Virus record (IMG/VR): IMGVR_UViG_3300025889_000075
Coordinates: 64,001 to 128,000 of that record
DNA: 64,000 bases
Origin: a virus
Reading direction: 5' to 3' (one strand)
The translations under genes were made by a program, and so were the position numbers. Within the stretch, counting starts at the first letter, position 1, and every line of letters starts with the position of its first letter. Positions 21,407-30,927 of the stretch are shown here, piece by piece. The notes below the pieces were generated by a model that was not told the origin of the DNA, did no database searches, and saw nothing but the letters and a program-made list of their open reading frames with translations.

Positions 21407-21418
21407 GGTAATTAATTC

Positions 21419-22711
21419 ATGGCGATTAATATTCAAAAACTGTTAGACGCTGTACAGGCAAAAATCAATGCCAGTACCGGATCATCTGGTATGGTTGAAT
21501 TGAATCATTTGTCTAATTTGTCGCAGTGGTTGAATAGTTACACCAATCAATCAAGCGTTAAAGAATATACTAATCTAGCAGCATTTCCAACTGCAGACTC
21601 AGCAAACCACGGAGATATAGCATTTAGTCTTGACAGTGGCGCTTATCGTATTTCTGAACAATTAGCGTGGAGAGAAATATCACTAAATGCTGATAGTGCG
21701 ATTTCTTCTGGACCTAGTTCTCCACCTTCGCCATTACAAGCAGCGAGTAATTATGGATACGTTGTTGGAGGTCAAACTCCTGTTACTGCTTCTATGGAAA
21801 GGTTTGCTTTTGCAAGTTCTGCCAACGGGACGTCTACTGGAAATTTATCGACCCCAAGATGGGGTGCGGCGGGTTATTCTTCTTCTACTGATGGATATGC
21901 TATTGGTGGTTCGACTCCTTTAGTGACACCGCATTTAAATGGTTATGATGATGTTTTAAAATACCCGTTTGCTTCTAGTACTCCATCCACCCAAATAGGA
22001 ACTTTGAATGCCCTTTCACCTGCTCCGACAGGAACTCCAGGAGGGGGAAGAATGGGTACTTCTAATATTTGTTCTCCAACTTCTGGATATGTTGTTGGAT
22101 TTGGTGGTAGATTAAGTCCCCCAAATCCGCTAGAACCACAATATCTATCAACTAATTGGAAATTCCCTTTTTCTTCTCCAACAGTAACTGATCTGTCGCT
22201 AGTAGGGGATTTAACAAGCGCCATATTTTACAGCAGTGGATCTTCATCAGGAGATTATGGGTACTTGGCGGGTGGTGAAACTGATGTTCCATCTCCAGCA
22301 TTAGTCTCCACTGTTGAAAAATGGTCTTTCTCTTCCGATGGTAATTCAACATCTGTTGGTTCTTTGTCTGGTCATTCTCGATCTGATGGGGGAAGTTCTG
22401 GTCCTACAAATGGTTATGCTCAGGGATCAAATCCAGCAGTAGGAACACCGACCGCAGTAGATAAAGTATGGAAATATAGTTTTACTTCTGACGGAAATGC
22501 AACAGAAATTGGAACTCTTTCAATAGATAGGTTTGGTGTGAATGGACATTCTGGTGGAACTCATGGATATGCGTCTGGCGGTGTTTTACCGAGCAACGGA
22601 GGTTATTCAAATGTTATTGATAGATTTCCTTTTTCTGCTGATACTAATTCTTCTGATGTAGGCGATCTAGCAGTTGCATCTCGTAATTATGCTGCTCCAG
22701 CGTCAAACTAG
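21419..22711 (+). CDS. Adaptor (class B) + beta-propeller protein, paralog 6
   Basis: FPTADSANHGDIAFSLDSGAYRISEQLAWREI adaptor; propeller repeats. Confidence 0.75.
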   Translation: MAINIQKLLDAVQAKINASTGSSGMVELNHLSNLSQWLNSYTNQSSVKEYTNLAAFPTADSANHGDIAFSLDSGAYRISEQLAWREISLNADSAISSGPSSPPSPLQAASNYGYVVGGQTPVTASMERFAFASSANGTSTGNLSTPRWGAAGYSSSTDGYAIGGSTPLVTPHLNGYDDVLKYPFASSTPSTQIGTLNALSPAPTGTPGGGRMGTSNICSPTSGYVVGFGGRLSPPNPLEPQYLSTNWKFPFSSPTVTDLSLVGDLTSAIFYSSGSSSGDYGYLAGGETDVPSPALVSTVEKWSFSSDGNSTSVGSLSGHSRSDGGSSGPTNGYAQGSNPAVGTPTAVDKVWKYSFTSDGNATEIGTLSIDRFGVNGHSGGTHGYASGGVLPSNGGYSNVIDRFPFSADTNSSDVGDLAVASRNYAAPASN

Positions 22712-22720
22712 GTATAACTT

Positions 22721-23866
22721 ATGGCAATCGATCTAAAAGAATTACTCATAGCAGCACAGAATAAGATCGGTAATTCGACCATCTCAACTGCAACCAGAGA
22801 TCTTGTATTTCTGGCAAAAACTGCTACACGTGGTGATACGTCAATCGTTGCTTTTGATTCTGATGGTGAGTTTCTTGATTCAGCATCACATGTTCATAGA
22901 ATTGCATATCATAGAGGGAGACAAAATCTATTCTTGTTAGATAGTGATAGAACATGGAAACCGATCAGTGGTACTGTTGCTGCTGAATATTCATTCCAAG
23001 GAAGCACTTCTGGATATGTTTCTGGTGGCTTCGCGCCAGGGTCAACAAATACCATCCAGAAATACCCATACACTTCTAATGGTAATGCGACTGATGTTGG
23101 TGATTTGACTGAAGCAAAAGTAGGTACATCAGGACAATCATCCTCTGATAATGGATATAATTCTGGCGGAACCCCAAATATAAACACCATAGAGAAATTC
23201 CCATTCTCATCTGACGCCAATTCTACTGATGTGGGTGATTTGACAGTAGTAAAACCATATACAGCAGGTCAATCATCAGCAAGTAATGGATATTCTTCTG
23301 GTGCTAATAGTCCTGCTGCAAACGGTGGTAATACCATTGACAAATTTCCGTTTGCTGCTGATGCGAACGCTACTGATGTCGGAGATATAACGGTAGCAAC
23401 TGGTCTGTCAGCAGGTCAATCATCCGAAACTCATGGTTATACTTCTGGAGGTGCGATGATTGACAAATTTCCATTTGCTTCTGATGGTAATGCTACTGAT
23501 GTGGGCGATCAATCAATATACAGAACCGAAGTGAGTGGTCAATCATCCGAAACTCATGGTTATATGTCTGGCGGTTGGAATTACAATGGAGGTTCTCCAC
23601 TTATGTATAATGTTATAGATAAATTCCCATTCTCATCTGATACTAACGCGACTGATGTCGGAGATATGACATCGGTGAGGAGAGCGGCGGGAGGTACATC
23701 GTCAACTACTAGCGGATATACTGCTGGTGGCGTAATTCCTACTGGATCCACGCCATTCTTAAACATCATAGACAAATTTCCATTCTCTTCTGATGGTAAT
23801 GCTACTGACGTAGGAGATTTGCTCGCCCCAAATTATTATATAGGTTCTGTAGGACAACAGGTATAA
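22721..23866 (+). CDS. Adaptor (class C) + beta-propeller protein, paralog 7
   Basis: FDSDGEFLDSA adaptor; six regular repeats; ends GQQV. Confidence 0.75.
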   Translation: MAIDLKELLIAAQNKIGNSTISTATRDLVFLAKTATRGDTSIVAFDSDGEFLDSASHVHRIAYHRGRQNLFLLDSDRTWKPISGTVAAEYSFQGSTSGYVSGGFAPGSTNTIQKYPYTSNGNATDVGDLTEAKVGTSGQSSSDNGYNSGGTPNINTIEKFPFSSDANSTDVGDLTVVKPYTAGQSSASNGYSSGANSPAANGGNTIDKFPFAADANATDVGDITVATGLSAGQSSETHGYTSGGAMIDKFPFASDGNATDVGDQSIYRTEVSGQSSETHGYMSGGWNYNGGSPLMYNVIDKFPFSSDTNATDVGDMTSVRRAAGGTSSTTSGYTAGGVIPTGSTPFLNIIDKFPFSSDGNATDVGDLLAPNYYIGSVGQQV

Positions 23867-23869
23867 CTT

Positions 23870-25069
23870 ATGGCAATTAATATAAGAAATTTAATGACAG
23901 TAGTGCAAACGAAGTTAAACGCGACAACTTCGACCACTCCTGCACTTGAATTTAATCGCCTGTCAAAATTAGCAGATACCTTGAATGATTTTACAACTGG
24001 TATTAAAACATATACAGTTGCTGCAAGACCTGTTGCAGATTCTGCCAATCATGGAGAAATTATTTTTAGTTCAGATAGTGGAGCATTTTTTATCTCGGAA
24101 CAACTATCATGGAGAGAATTAGCAGTTGGTGATAGTGCGATTGTTGCTACTCCTACTTATACCTTCCAAGGGAGCACTTCTGGATATACTTCTGGTGGTA
24201 GAACAGCAGCAAGTAACGTTGCACTAAACACTATTGACAAATTTTCTTTTGCTCCAGGTGCTCAGAATGCTACAGACGTAGGTGATTTGACATTAGGTAT
24301 GTATGGTGGCGCTGCAGGTCAATCATCATCTGTATCTGGTTATACTTCTGGTGGATATCCAGGAACTCGATCCAGCGTAATAGATAAATTTCCATTCGCT
24401 TCTGACGGTAACGCAACAGATGTTGGTGATTTAACATCATCAAGATGGTATCTTTCAGGTCAATCTTCTTCTTCTAATGGGTATTCTGCTGGTGGTCCTG
24501 GTTCAAACAATGTTATTGATAAATTCCCATTTTCTTCAGACGCTAACGCTACTGACGTAGGAGATTTGACAGTAGGAAGATACGGATCATCAGGTCAATC
24601 ATCTACGACTCATGGATATGCTTCTGGTGGATTTACTCCTCTCTCAAATGTCATTGATAAATTCCCGTTTTCATCCGACGCTAATGCTACTGACGTTGGC
24701 GATATAACAGTAGCAAGACGTTATACAGCAGGTCAATCATCAACAGATAATGGATATACTTCTGGTGGAGAGCAAAATCCTCTGGCCACGAATACTGCTT
24801 CCAATGTCATAGATAAATTCCCATTTTCATCTGATGCTAACGCTACTGACGTTGGTAATTTAACAATAGCGCGAGCTCATGTTACCGGACAATCCTCGAC
24901 TGTTAATGGATATACTACTGGTGGATGGTTATGGCAGCCATTCCCGACTCCACCAGTTGTCTATAATACAATTGATAGGTTCCCATTCTCTACTACTGCT
25001 AACGCTACTGACATTGGAGATTTAACAATAGCAAGATATAGTGGAAATACAGAGGGACAACAGGTATAA
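23870..25069 (+). CDS. Adaptor (class B) + beta-propeller protein, paralog 8
   Basis: ADSANHGEIIFSSDSGAFFISEQLSWRE adaptor; six regular repeats; ends GQQV. Confidence 0.75.
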   Translation: MAINIRNLMTVVQTKLNATTSTTPALEFNRLSKLADTLNDFTTGIKTYTVAARPVADSANHGEIIFSSDSGAFFISEQLSWRELAVGDSAIVATPTYTFQGSTSGYTSGGRTAASNVALNTIDKFSFAPGAQNATDVGDLTLGMYGGAAGQSSSVSGYTSGGYPGTRSSVIDKFPFASDGNATDVGDLTSSRWYLSGQSSSSNGYSAGGPGSNNVIDKFPFSSDANATDVGDLTVGRYGSSGQSSTTHGYASGGFTPLSNVIDKFPFSSDANATDVGDITVARRYTAGQSSTDNGYTSGGEQNPLATNTASNVIDKFPFSSDANATDVGNLTIARAHVTGQSSTVNGYTTGGWLWQPFPTPPVVYNTIDRFPFSTTANATDIGDLTIARYSGNTEGQQV

Positions 25070-25072
25070 CTT

Positions 25073-26223
25073 ATGGCAATTAATATACAAAAATTACTAG
25101 AAGCGATACAAACAAGTATAGGTAATGCCACACCTGCTACACCCACACGCGAACTCGAAATTCTTACCAAAGGTGCATTTAAGTGGGGCGACAATCAAAT
25201 CACTTCATTTGATTCTGATGGAGAATTTCTTGACTCAGCAACTACTTCGCCATATATGTTAGCATACCATACAGGCCATATATGTTAGCATACCATACAG
25301 GTAAGAAAAACATTTATGCATTTGACAGCGGATCATGGCAATCGATCAGTGGTACTGTTGCTGCTGGATATTCATTCCAAGGTTCTACCAGTGGATATAC
25401 TTCTGGTGGATTGGTACCACCATTCTCTAACGTCATTGACAAATTCCCATTCTCATCTGACGGTAATGCTACTGATGTAGGAGATTTGACAGTAGCAAGA
25501 TCTAATGCAGCAGGTCAATCATCGTCTGCTAGTGGATATACTTCTGGTGGACATCCCTTCCCACTAGACGTAATTGACAAATTCCCATTCTCAGCTGATG
25601 CTAACGCTACTGATGTTGGTGATTTAACAGTAGCAAGACGGTATCTTGCAGGTCAATCTTCTTCTGCTAATGGGTATTCTGCTGGTGGTCCTGGTTCAAA
25701 CGTAATTGACAAATTCCCGTTTTCTTCTGATGCTAATGCTACTGATGTAGGCGATTTGACAGTAGCAAGATATTATTTAGCAGGTCAATCATCTACTGTT
25801 AGCGGATATTCTTCTGGTGGCACTCCACCATACACAAACGTCATTGATAAATTCCCATTTTCTGCTGATGCTAATGCTACTGATGTAGGTGATCTGACAG
25901 TAGCAAGAGGATATGTAACAGGTCAATCATCAACTGTTAGTGGGTATACTTCTGGGGGATTTAGTCCAGCTCAACAATCAAACGTAATTGACAAGTTTTC
26001 ATTCTCAACTGACACTAACGCTACTGACGTTGGGGATTTGACAGTAGCAAGATACAATTTAGCAGGAGGTCAATCATCTACTGCTAGCGGGTATACTTCT
26101 GGAGGTACGACATCCGACGCTACCAACATCATAGATAAATTCCCATTCTCATCTGATGGTAATGCTACGGATGTAGGTGATTTATCAGTAACTAGATATG
26201 GTGGAGCAGGTCAACAGGTATAA
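25073..26223 (+). pseudogene. Adaptor (class C) + beta-propeller paralog 9, frameshifted by a 26-bp tandem duplication
   Basis: ORFs 25073..25288 and 25282..26223 fuse into one 374-aa ORF if one copy of CCATATATGTTAGCATACCATACAGG is removed. Confidence 0.8.
25250..25301 (+). repeat. Exact 26-bp tandem duplication
   Basis: CCATATATGTTAGCATACCATACAGG at 25250-25275 and 25276-25301. Confidence 0.95.
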
Positions 26224-26226
26224 GTT

Positions 26227-27384
26227 ATGGCAATTAATATACAGAATTTATTAAATGTTGTTCAGGCGAAGTTAAACGCAACAACGCCAACGACACCTGC
26301 ACTTGAATTTTCTAGATTGTCATCGATATCTGATATGTTAGAAGATCATGGAGCGGCTGTTAAATCTTATCCTGGATTAGCATCATTTCCAACAGCAGAC
26401 TCAGCGAATCATGGTGACATTGCTTACAGTTTAGATAGCGCAACGTATAGAATATCAGAGCAACTTGCTTGGAGAGAAATATCATTAAATGCTGATAGTG
26501 TGATTGCTGCTGCTCCTACTAGCACACAAGCACAAGGTTCTACCAGTGGATATAATTCTGGTGGATTTTTAAATTCCGGCAACTCAAACGTCATCGAAAA
26601 ATTTCCATTCTCTACTGACGCTAATGCTACTGATGTTGGTGATTTGACACTAGGAAGATATAATGCATCAGGTCAATCTTCAACTGCTAGTGGGTATACT
26701 TCTGGTGGATCCAGTCCTGGACTATCACCCTATATTGTCAATAACATTGATAAATTTCCATTCTCTGCTGATGGTAATGCTACCGATGTAGGGGATTTGT
26801 CAGTAACAAGAACTGGAACAGCAGGACAATCTTCAGACGCTAGTGGATATATTTCTGGAGGTAGTTTGCCTGCTGCTTCTAATGTCATTGATAAATTCTC
26901 ATTCTCTTCTGATGGTAATGCAACTGACGTAGGCGATTTAACAGAAGCAAGAATAAAACCATCAGGACAATCATCAACTGTTAGTGGATATAATTCTGGT
27001 GGAACAGGGACTGGCAATATCATAGATAAATTCCCGTTCGCCTCTAATGCTAATGCTACCGATGTTGGTGATATAACGGTAGCGAGAAACTATGCTGTAG
27101 GTCAAAATTCAGACGCTAGTGGTTATACCTCTGGAGGATCCCCAACGTCGAATGTTATCGATAAATTCCCGTTTTCATCCGACGCGAATGCTACTGACGT
27201 AGGAGATTTGACAGTAGCAAGATATACATCAGCAGGTCAATCGTCAACTGCTAGTGGATATACTTCTGGAGGGTATCCATATCAAAACACTATTGATAAA
27301 TTCTCATTCTCTTCTGATGGTAATGCGACTGACGTTGGAGATATGACAGAAGTAAAGGGTTTCGTTATAGGACAACAGGTATAA
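26227..27384 (+). CDS. Adaptor (class B) + beta-propeller protein, paralog 10
   Basis: FPTADSANHGDIAYSLDSATYRISEQLAWREI adaptor; six regular repeats; ends GQQV. Confidence 0.75.
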   Translation: MAINIQNLLNVVQAKLNATTPTTPALEFSRLSSISDMLEDHGAAVKSYPGLASFPTADSANHGDIAYSLDSATYRISEQLAWREISLNADSVIAAAPTSTQAQGSTSGYNSGGFLNSGNSNVIEKFPFSTDANATDVGDLTLGRYNASGQSSTASGYTSGGSSPGLSPYIVNNIDKFPFSADGNATDVGDLSVTRTGTAGQSSDASGYISGGSLPAASNVIDKFSFSSDGNATDVGDLTEARIKPSGQSSTVSGYNSGGTGTGNIIDKFPFASNANATDVGDITVARNYAVGQNSDASGYTSGGSPTSNVIDKFPFSSDANATDVGDLTVARYTSAGQSSTASGYTSGGYPYQNTIDKFSFSSDGNATDVGDMTEVKGFVIGQQV

Positions 27385-27387
27385 ATT

Positions 27388-28638
27388 ATGGCAATTGATC
27401 TAAAAGAATTATTAAGTGCAGTACAGAGCAAGATTGGTAATCTTACGCCGTCAAGTCCATCGCGTCAAATTGAATTCTTGGCGAAAGCAGCAGTTAGGTC
27501 AGGAGAGAATTTAGTTCGCTCTTACGATTCTGATGGTGAGTTTTTAGATTCTGCGACAACTTCGCCTTATTTAATGCTCTATCATACAACAGATAAAAAT
27601 ATCTACATGTGGGATAGCGATGGTACTTGGAAACCGATTAGCGGCAATGAAGCGTTATTGGTTGGTTTACAAGGGGATTTAGCGGGGTATGCTATAACAG
27701 GAAGAAAAGCCACAAACTCCGACATAGATAATATTGTTGCATTTAGGTTTGCTTCAGGATCAGAAACTATCTATAATCAGGGTCTTAGTGGGGTAAACTC
27801 TTTGCCGGCAGGTGTTGGTATGGGTCATGGTCGTGGTACAATGAGTGAGACTAATGGATATCATTACGGTGGTTATAATCCTCCTTCTCCAATGTCAAGC
27901 ACAATGTATAAATTTCCATTTTCTTCTACTGGTGGACTTTCTGGTTTAAGTAGTATGAGTCCGCATGGAGCATATGCTTGGACTGCAGCTGTTTCAGCAC
28001 AAGGTCCAGGATACGGTTATTATTCAGCTGGGCGAGCATTACCCGCAGGTGCATCAAGCGCAACACATAAATTTCAATTTTCTAATGATACTTCTGCGGC
28101 GACTCCTGTTGGGACTACTAATTTTAGCTCTTATGCTACTGGTCAAACAGATGTCGTAGGCGGGCAGGGTCATATATTTCAATATGATATCATTGGAGGA
28201 TCATCAAGAGATAAATACCCATTTGCCTCTGATGTTAATGCTACTGCTATAACAAGTATTTCGATCTCAAAATATGGTTCTCAAGGATCTACTGGAGACG
28301 CTAGTAATTATTATCAAGCAGGTGGAGTAAACCCAAGCGGAAGTACCATTTACACTGATATTTACAAAATGAATTTCACAAGTGAAGGACCTTCAACAAA
28401 CATCGGCGATTTAACTACTGCAAGATATCAGACTGGAGGTTATTCTTATTCTGGCGGAACTGCTTTTATTGCGGGGGGGAGTTCCGGAACTCCTTCTCCA
28501 AACTATTTAAACCCATTAGCATATACATCAACTATTGAAGGTATTTCTTTTGCTAGTGATACCATCGGTGTTGCTGCTGGTTCTGGAATGTCTGGACCAT
28601 CGCCAGCTCGATCTGGATATGGTTGCGTTCAGGTTTGA
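27388..28638 (+). CDS. Adaptor (class C) + beta-propeller protein, paralog 11 (divergent blades)
   Basis: YDSDGEFLDSATTSPYL adaptor; degenerate repeats; ends VQV. Confidence 0.7.
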   Translation: MAIDLKELLSAVQSKIGNLTPSSPSRQIEFLAKAAVRSGENLVRSYDSDGEFLDSATTSPYLMLYHTTDKNIYMWDSDGTWKPISGNEALLVGLQGDLAGYAITGRKATNSDIDNIVAFRFASGSETIYNQGLSGVNSLPAGVGMGHGRGTMSETNGYHYGGYNPPSPMSSTMYKFPFSSTGGLSGLSSMSPHGAYAWTAAVSAQGPGYGYYSAGRALPAGASSATHKFQFSNDTSAATPVGTTNFSSYATGQTDVVGGQGHIFQYDIIGGSSRDKYPFASDVNATAITSISISKYGSQGSTGDASNYYQAGGVNPSGSTIYTDIYKMNFTSEGPSTNIGDLTTARYQTGGYSYSGGTAFIAGGSSGTPSPNYLNPLAYTSTIEGISFASDTIGVAAGSGMSGPSPARSGYGCVQV

Positions 28639-28663
28639 TTCTCTTTAAAATTTAATATATACT
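28635..28663 (+). promoter_or_regulatory. Sigma70-like promoter for the sulfotransferase/oxygenase pair
   Basis: TTGATT-N17-TATACT. Confidence 0.65.
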
Positions 28664-28688
28664 ATTGTTATTTAATTATTAATTTATT

Positions 28689-29528
28689 ATGAAACAATTA
28701 CATTTTTGCGGTGGACTTCCACGTTCAGGATCAACAGTCTTAATGAATATACTTCAGCAAAACCCTGAAGTATTCACGACCACAACTGATCCTCTTCCGA
28801 TGAATCTTCAACGATATATTCTTCAGAGATTTCGTGTAACTGAAATGTTCCAAGCAATGGACGGTGATCATGCAGATCGTGCGTTGTATGGTATGGCAAT
28901 GGGAGCAATTAATGGTTGGTACAGCGGATTAACAAATAAACCTGTTGTTATCTCTAAGACTCGTTATTGGAATCGTATACATCATTTACTGCCGAATGCA
29001 AAAATATTAATTATGATTCGAGACTTGAGGGACATCGTCGAAAGTTTCAACAAAGTTAATTTAAGATTAAAAGCATTACATTCATACGAAACAGAAGGTA
29101 GCGCGTTATATGCTGCTATGACTGAGATGCAAAAATTTGATTATCATTTCGGCAAAGATAATTCTTTAAGTGCATCATTACAAGAAGAAGTACCAGCAGC
29201 AATGGAATTTTGGATGTATGAGAATAAACAAGACACAATTAAGTTTATTCGTTACGAAGACTTTCTTAAAGATCCTATAGATACAATTAGATCAATCTAT
29301 GCTTTTCTTAATTTAAATTATTACGAACACGACTTAAATAATATTTCACAATCAGAAATGTTTGAACATGATAATGCCTATTTTATGGAGAAAACTGATC
29401 ATCGGACCAAACCCTCCTTTATTAAATGGCAACCACCAAAAAGGTTATTAAGCGAACGTATACATAATCGTATACTTAAAGAATATCAATGGTTTTATGA
29501 AGGATTTTATCCGGAGGAATTAAAATAA
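28689..29528 (+). CDS. PAPS-dependent sulfotransferase
   Basis: 5'-PSB loop GLPRSGST, 3'-PB motif IRDLRDIVES, and IRYEDF motif. Confidence 0.85.
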   Translation: MKQLHFCGGLPRSGSTVLMNILQQNPEVFTTTTDPLPMNLQRYILQRFRVTEMFQAMDGDHADRALYGMAMGAINGWYSGLTNKPVVISKTRYWNRIHHLLPNAKILIMIRDLRDIVESFNKVNLRLKALHSYETEGSALYAAMTEMQKFDYHFGKDNSLSASLQEEVPAAMEFWMYENKQDTIKFIRYEDFLKDPIDTIRSIYAFLNLNYYEHDLNNISQSEMFEHDNAYFMEKTDHRTKPSFIKWQPPKRLLSERIHNRILKEYQWFYEGFYPEELK

Positions 29529-30883
29529 TGGAAATGGCAGCGCAACAACAATATACCGCAGCAGATGCTTTTCGTGATAGGGGATACGTATATTTAAATA
29601 GTACCATCTCTAGAAAAGATTGTGAAGAACTAACGAAGTATATGTTCTCACTTTATGATAAAGGAGTGCTTGAAAAAGACGAGCAATGTCCTCTTTCCGA
29701 TTCAGTTTATGGTGATGAAATCTTTGATGGTATCGCTAGAGAATTAGCAGGTCCGTTGTCGAATCAACTCGGCGTTCAGTTGCTCCCTACCTACACTTAC
29801 GCCAGGATTTATCGCAACGGGGAAATACTAGTGCGTCATAAAGATCGCCCCTCATGCGAGATCTCAGGAACCATGACACTCGGTTTCGATGATGGTTCAG
29901 GACTTTGGCCAATTTATTTCGCTGAGAATGATGACGATCAAATAGGAACTCCTTACGAAATTAATATCGGTGATTTGGTAATGTACCGTGGTTGCGAACT
30001 TCCTCACTGGAGACCGAAATATAAAGGTAAGTGGCAAGTTCAAATCTTTTTCCATTTTGTTGATGCTAATGGTCCACACAAAGATTTTGTCTGGGACGGC
30101 AGGAAGTCAATGGGGAAAAAGAAAACTCCAGATAATATGAGAGAAAAAGGTGAAACTCCTACGCTCGACATGTTTAAGGGTAAGGTCATCAATGATGAAG
30201 TTGATGTTATGCGCGGAAGAAACATTCCTGAAGATATTAAATTCTATCATCTTCCACAATCACAATGGATCACTAATGGTATTATGATTCGAACTTGTGA
30301 TAACGAGTTTCCTGGTGCTTCGTTCTTCAGTAAAAAAGGCGTTCATCCTGAAATGACATTAAGTCTAGAAGAATGTAAACGAGTAATCTCTTATGCCGAT
30401 CAAAAATATGGAATGAAATCTACCGTTGGTTCTGATGAATCAAGAGCATACAATAAGGAAATTCGTGAAGTTGATACATACACTCTGGAGCATACACCAG
30501 AAACTTCTTGGTTGTTTCAGAAAGTAGCAGCTGCCGTGGGTGTAGTAAACGCTGAATACTACCGCTGGAATCTTCTTGGTATTACTCATGCTCTGCAGTT
30601 ACTACATTATAAAGGCGAAGATAAATCTCATTATCAGTGGCATATTGACGCGGGACCAACGAGCAGCGCAACGAGAAAACTATCTCTTTCTATTCCGCTC
30701 AATGATGACTATGAGGGAGGCGATCTTATAATCAATAGCAACGGTGTTATAATGACTGCGCCCAAAGAACTCGGATCTATTTCTTTCTTCCCAAGTTTCA
30801 GTTTGCATAAAGTTGAACCTGTTACTAAAGGTGAGCGCTGGGTAATCGTCGCTTGGATTCATGGACCTGATCGATTTAAATAG
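29528..30883 (+). CDS. Tandem two-domain 2OG-Fe(II) oxygenase (prolyl-hydroxylase/PKHD-like)
   Basis: Domain 1: HKDRPSCEIS...HWR. Domain 2: WHID...RKLS...EGGDL...FPSF..HKVEPVTKGERW. Confidence 0.85.
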   Translation: MEMAAQQQYTAADAFRDRGYVYLNSTISRKDCEELTKYMFSLYDKGVLEKDEQCPLSDSVYGDEIFDGIARELAGPLSNQLGVQLLPTYTYARIYRNGEILVRHKDRPSCEISGTMTLGFDDGSGLWPIYFAENDDDQIGTPYEINIGDLVMYRGCELPHWRPKYKGKWQVQIFFHFVDANGPHKDFVWDGRKSMGKKKTPDNMREKGETPTLDMFKGKVINDEVDVMRGRNIPEDIKFYHLPQSQWITNGIMIRTCDNEFPGASFFSKKGVHPEMTLSLEECKRVISYADQKYGMKSTVGSDESRAYNKEIREVDTYTLEHTPETSWLFQKVAAAVGVVNAEYYRWNLLGITHALQLLHYKGEDKSHYQWHIDAGPTSSATRKLSLSIPLNDDYEGGDLIINSNGVIMTAPKELGSISFFPSFSLHKVEPVTKGERWVIVAWIHGPDRFK

Positions 30884-30891
30884 CGAATCCT

Positions 30892-30899
30892 TATAAATA
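30892..30899 (+). promoter_or_regulatory. T4-type late promoter TATAAATA
   Basis: Exact consensus upstream of gp13. Confidence 0.85.
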
Positions 30900-30927
30900 A
30901 ACAGGAGTCAATTAGGATTATGCTAAA

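Noticed and set aside
22721-27384. CRISPR-like repeat-spacer array (recurring GATAAATTCCCATT...GCTACTGATGT)
   Set aside because: The repeats are in-frame coding repeats with third-position variation and ~145-nt periodicity; no cas genes.
14801-28638. Diversity-generating retroelement as the source of propeller diversity
   Set aside because: No reverse transcriptase in the window, no non-coding template repeat, and differences between similar segments are not adenine-specific. One elsewhere in the genome cannot be excluded.
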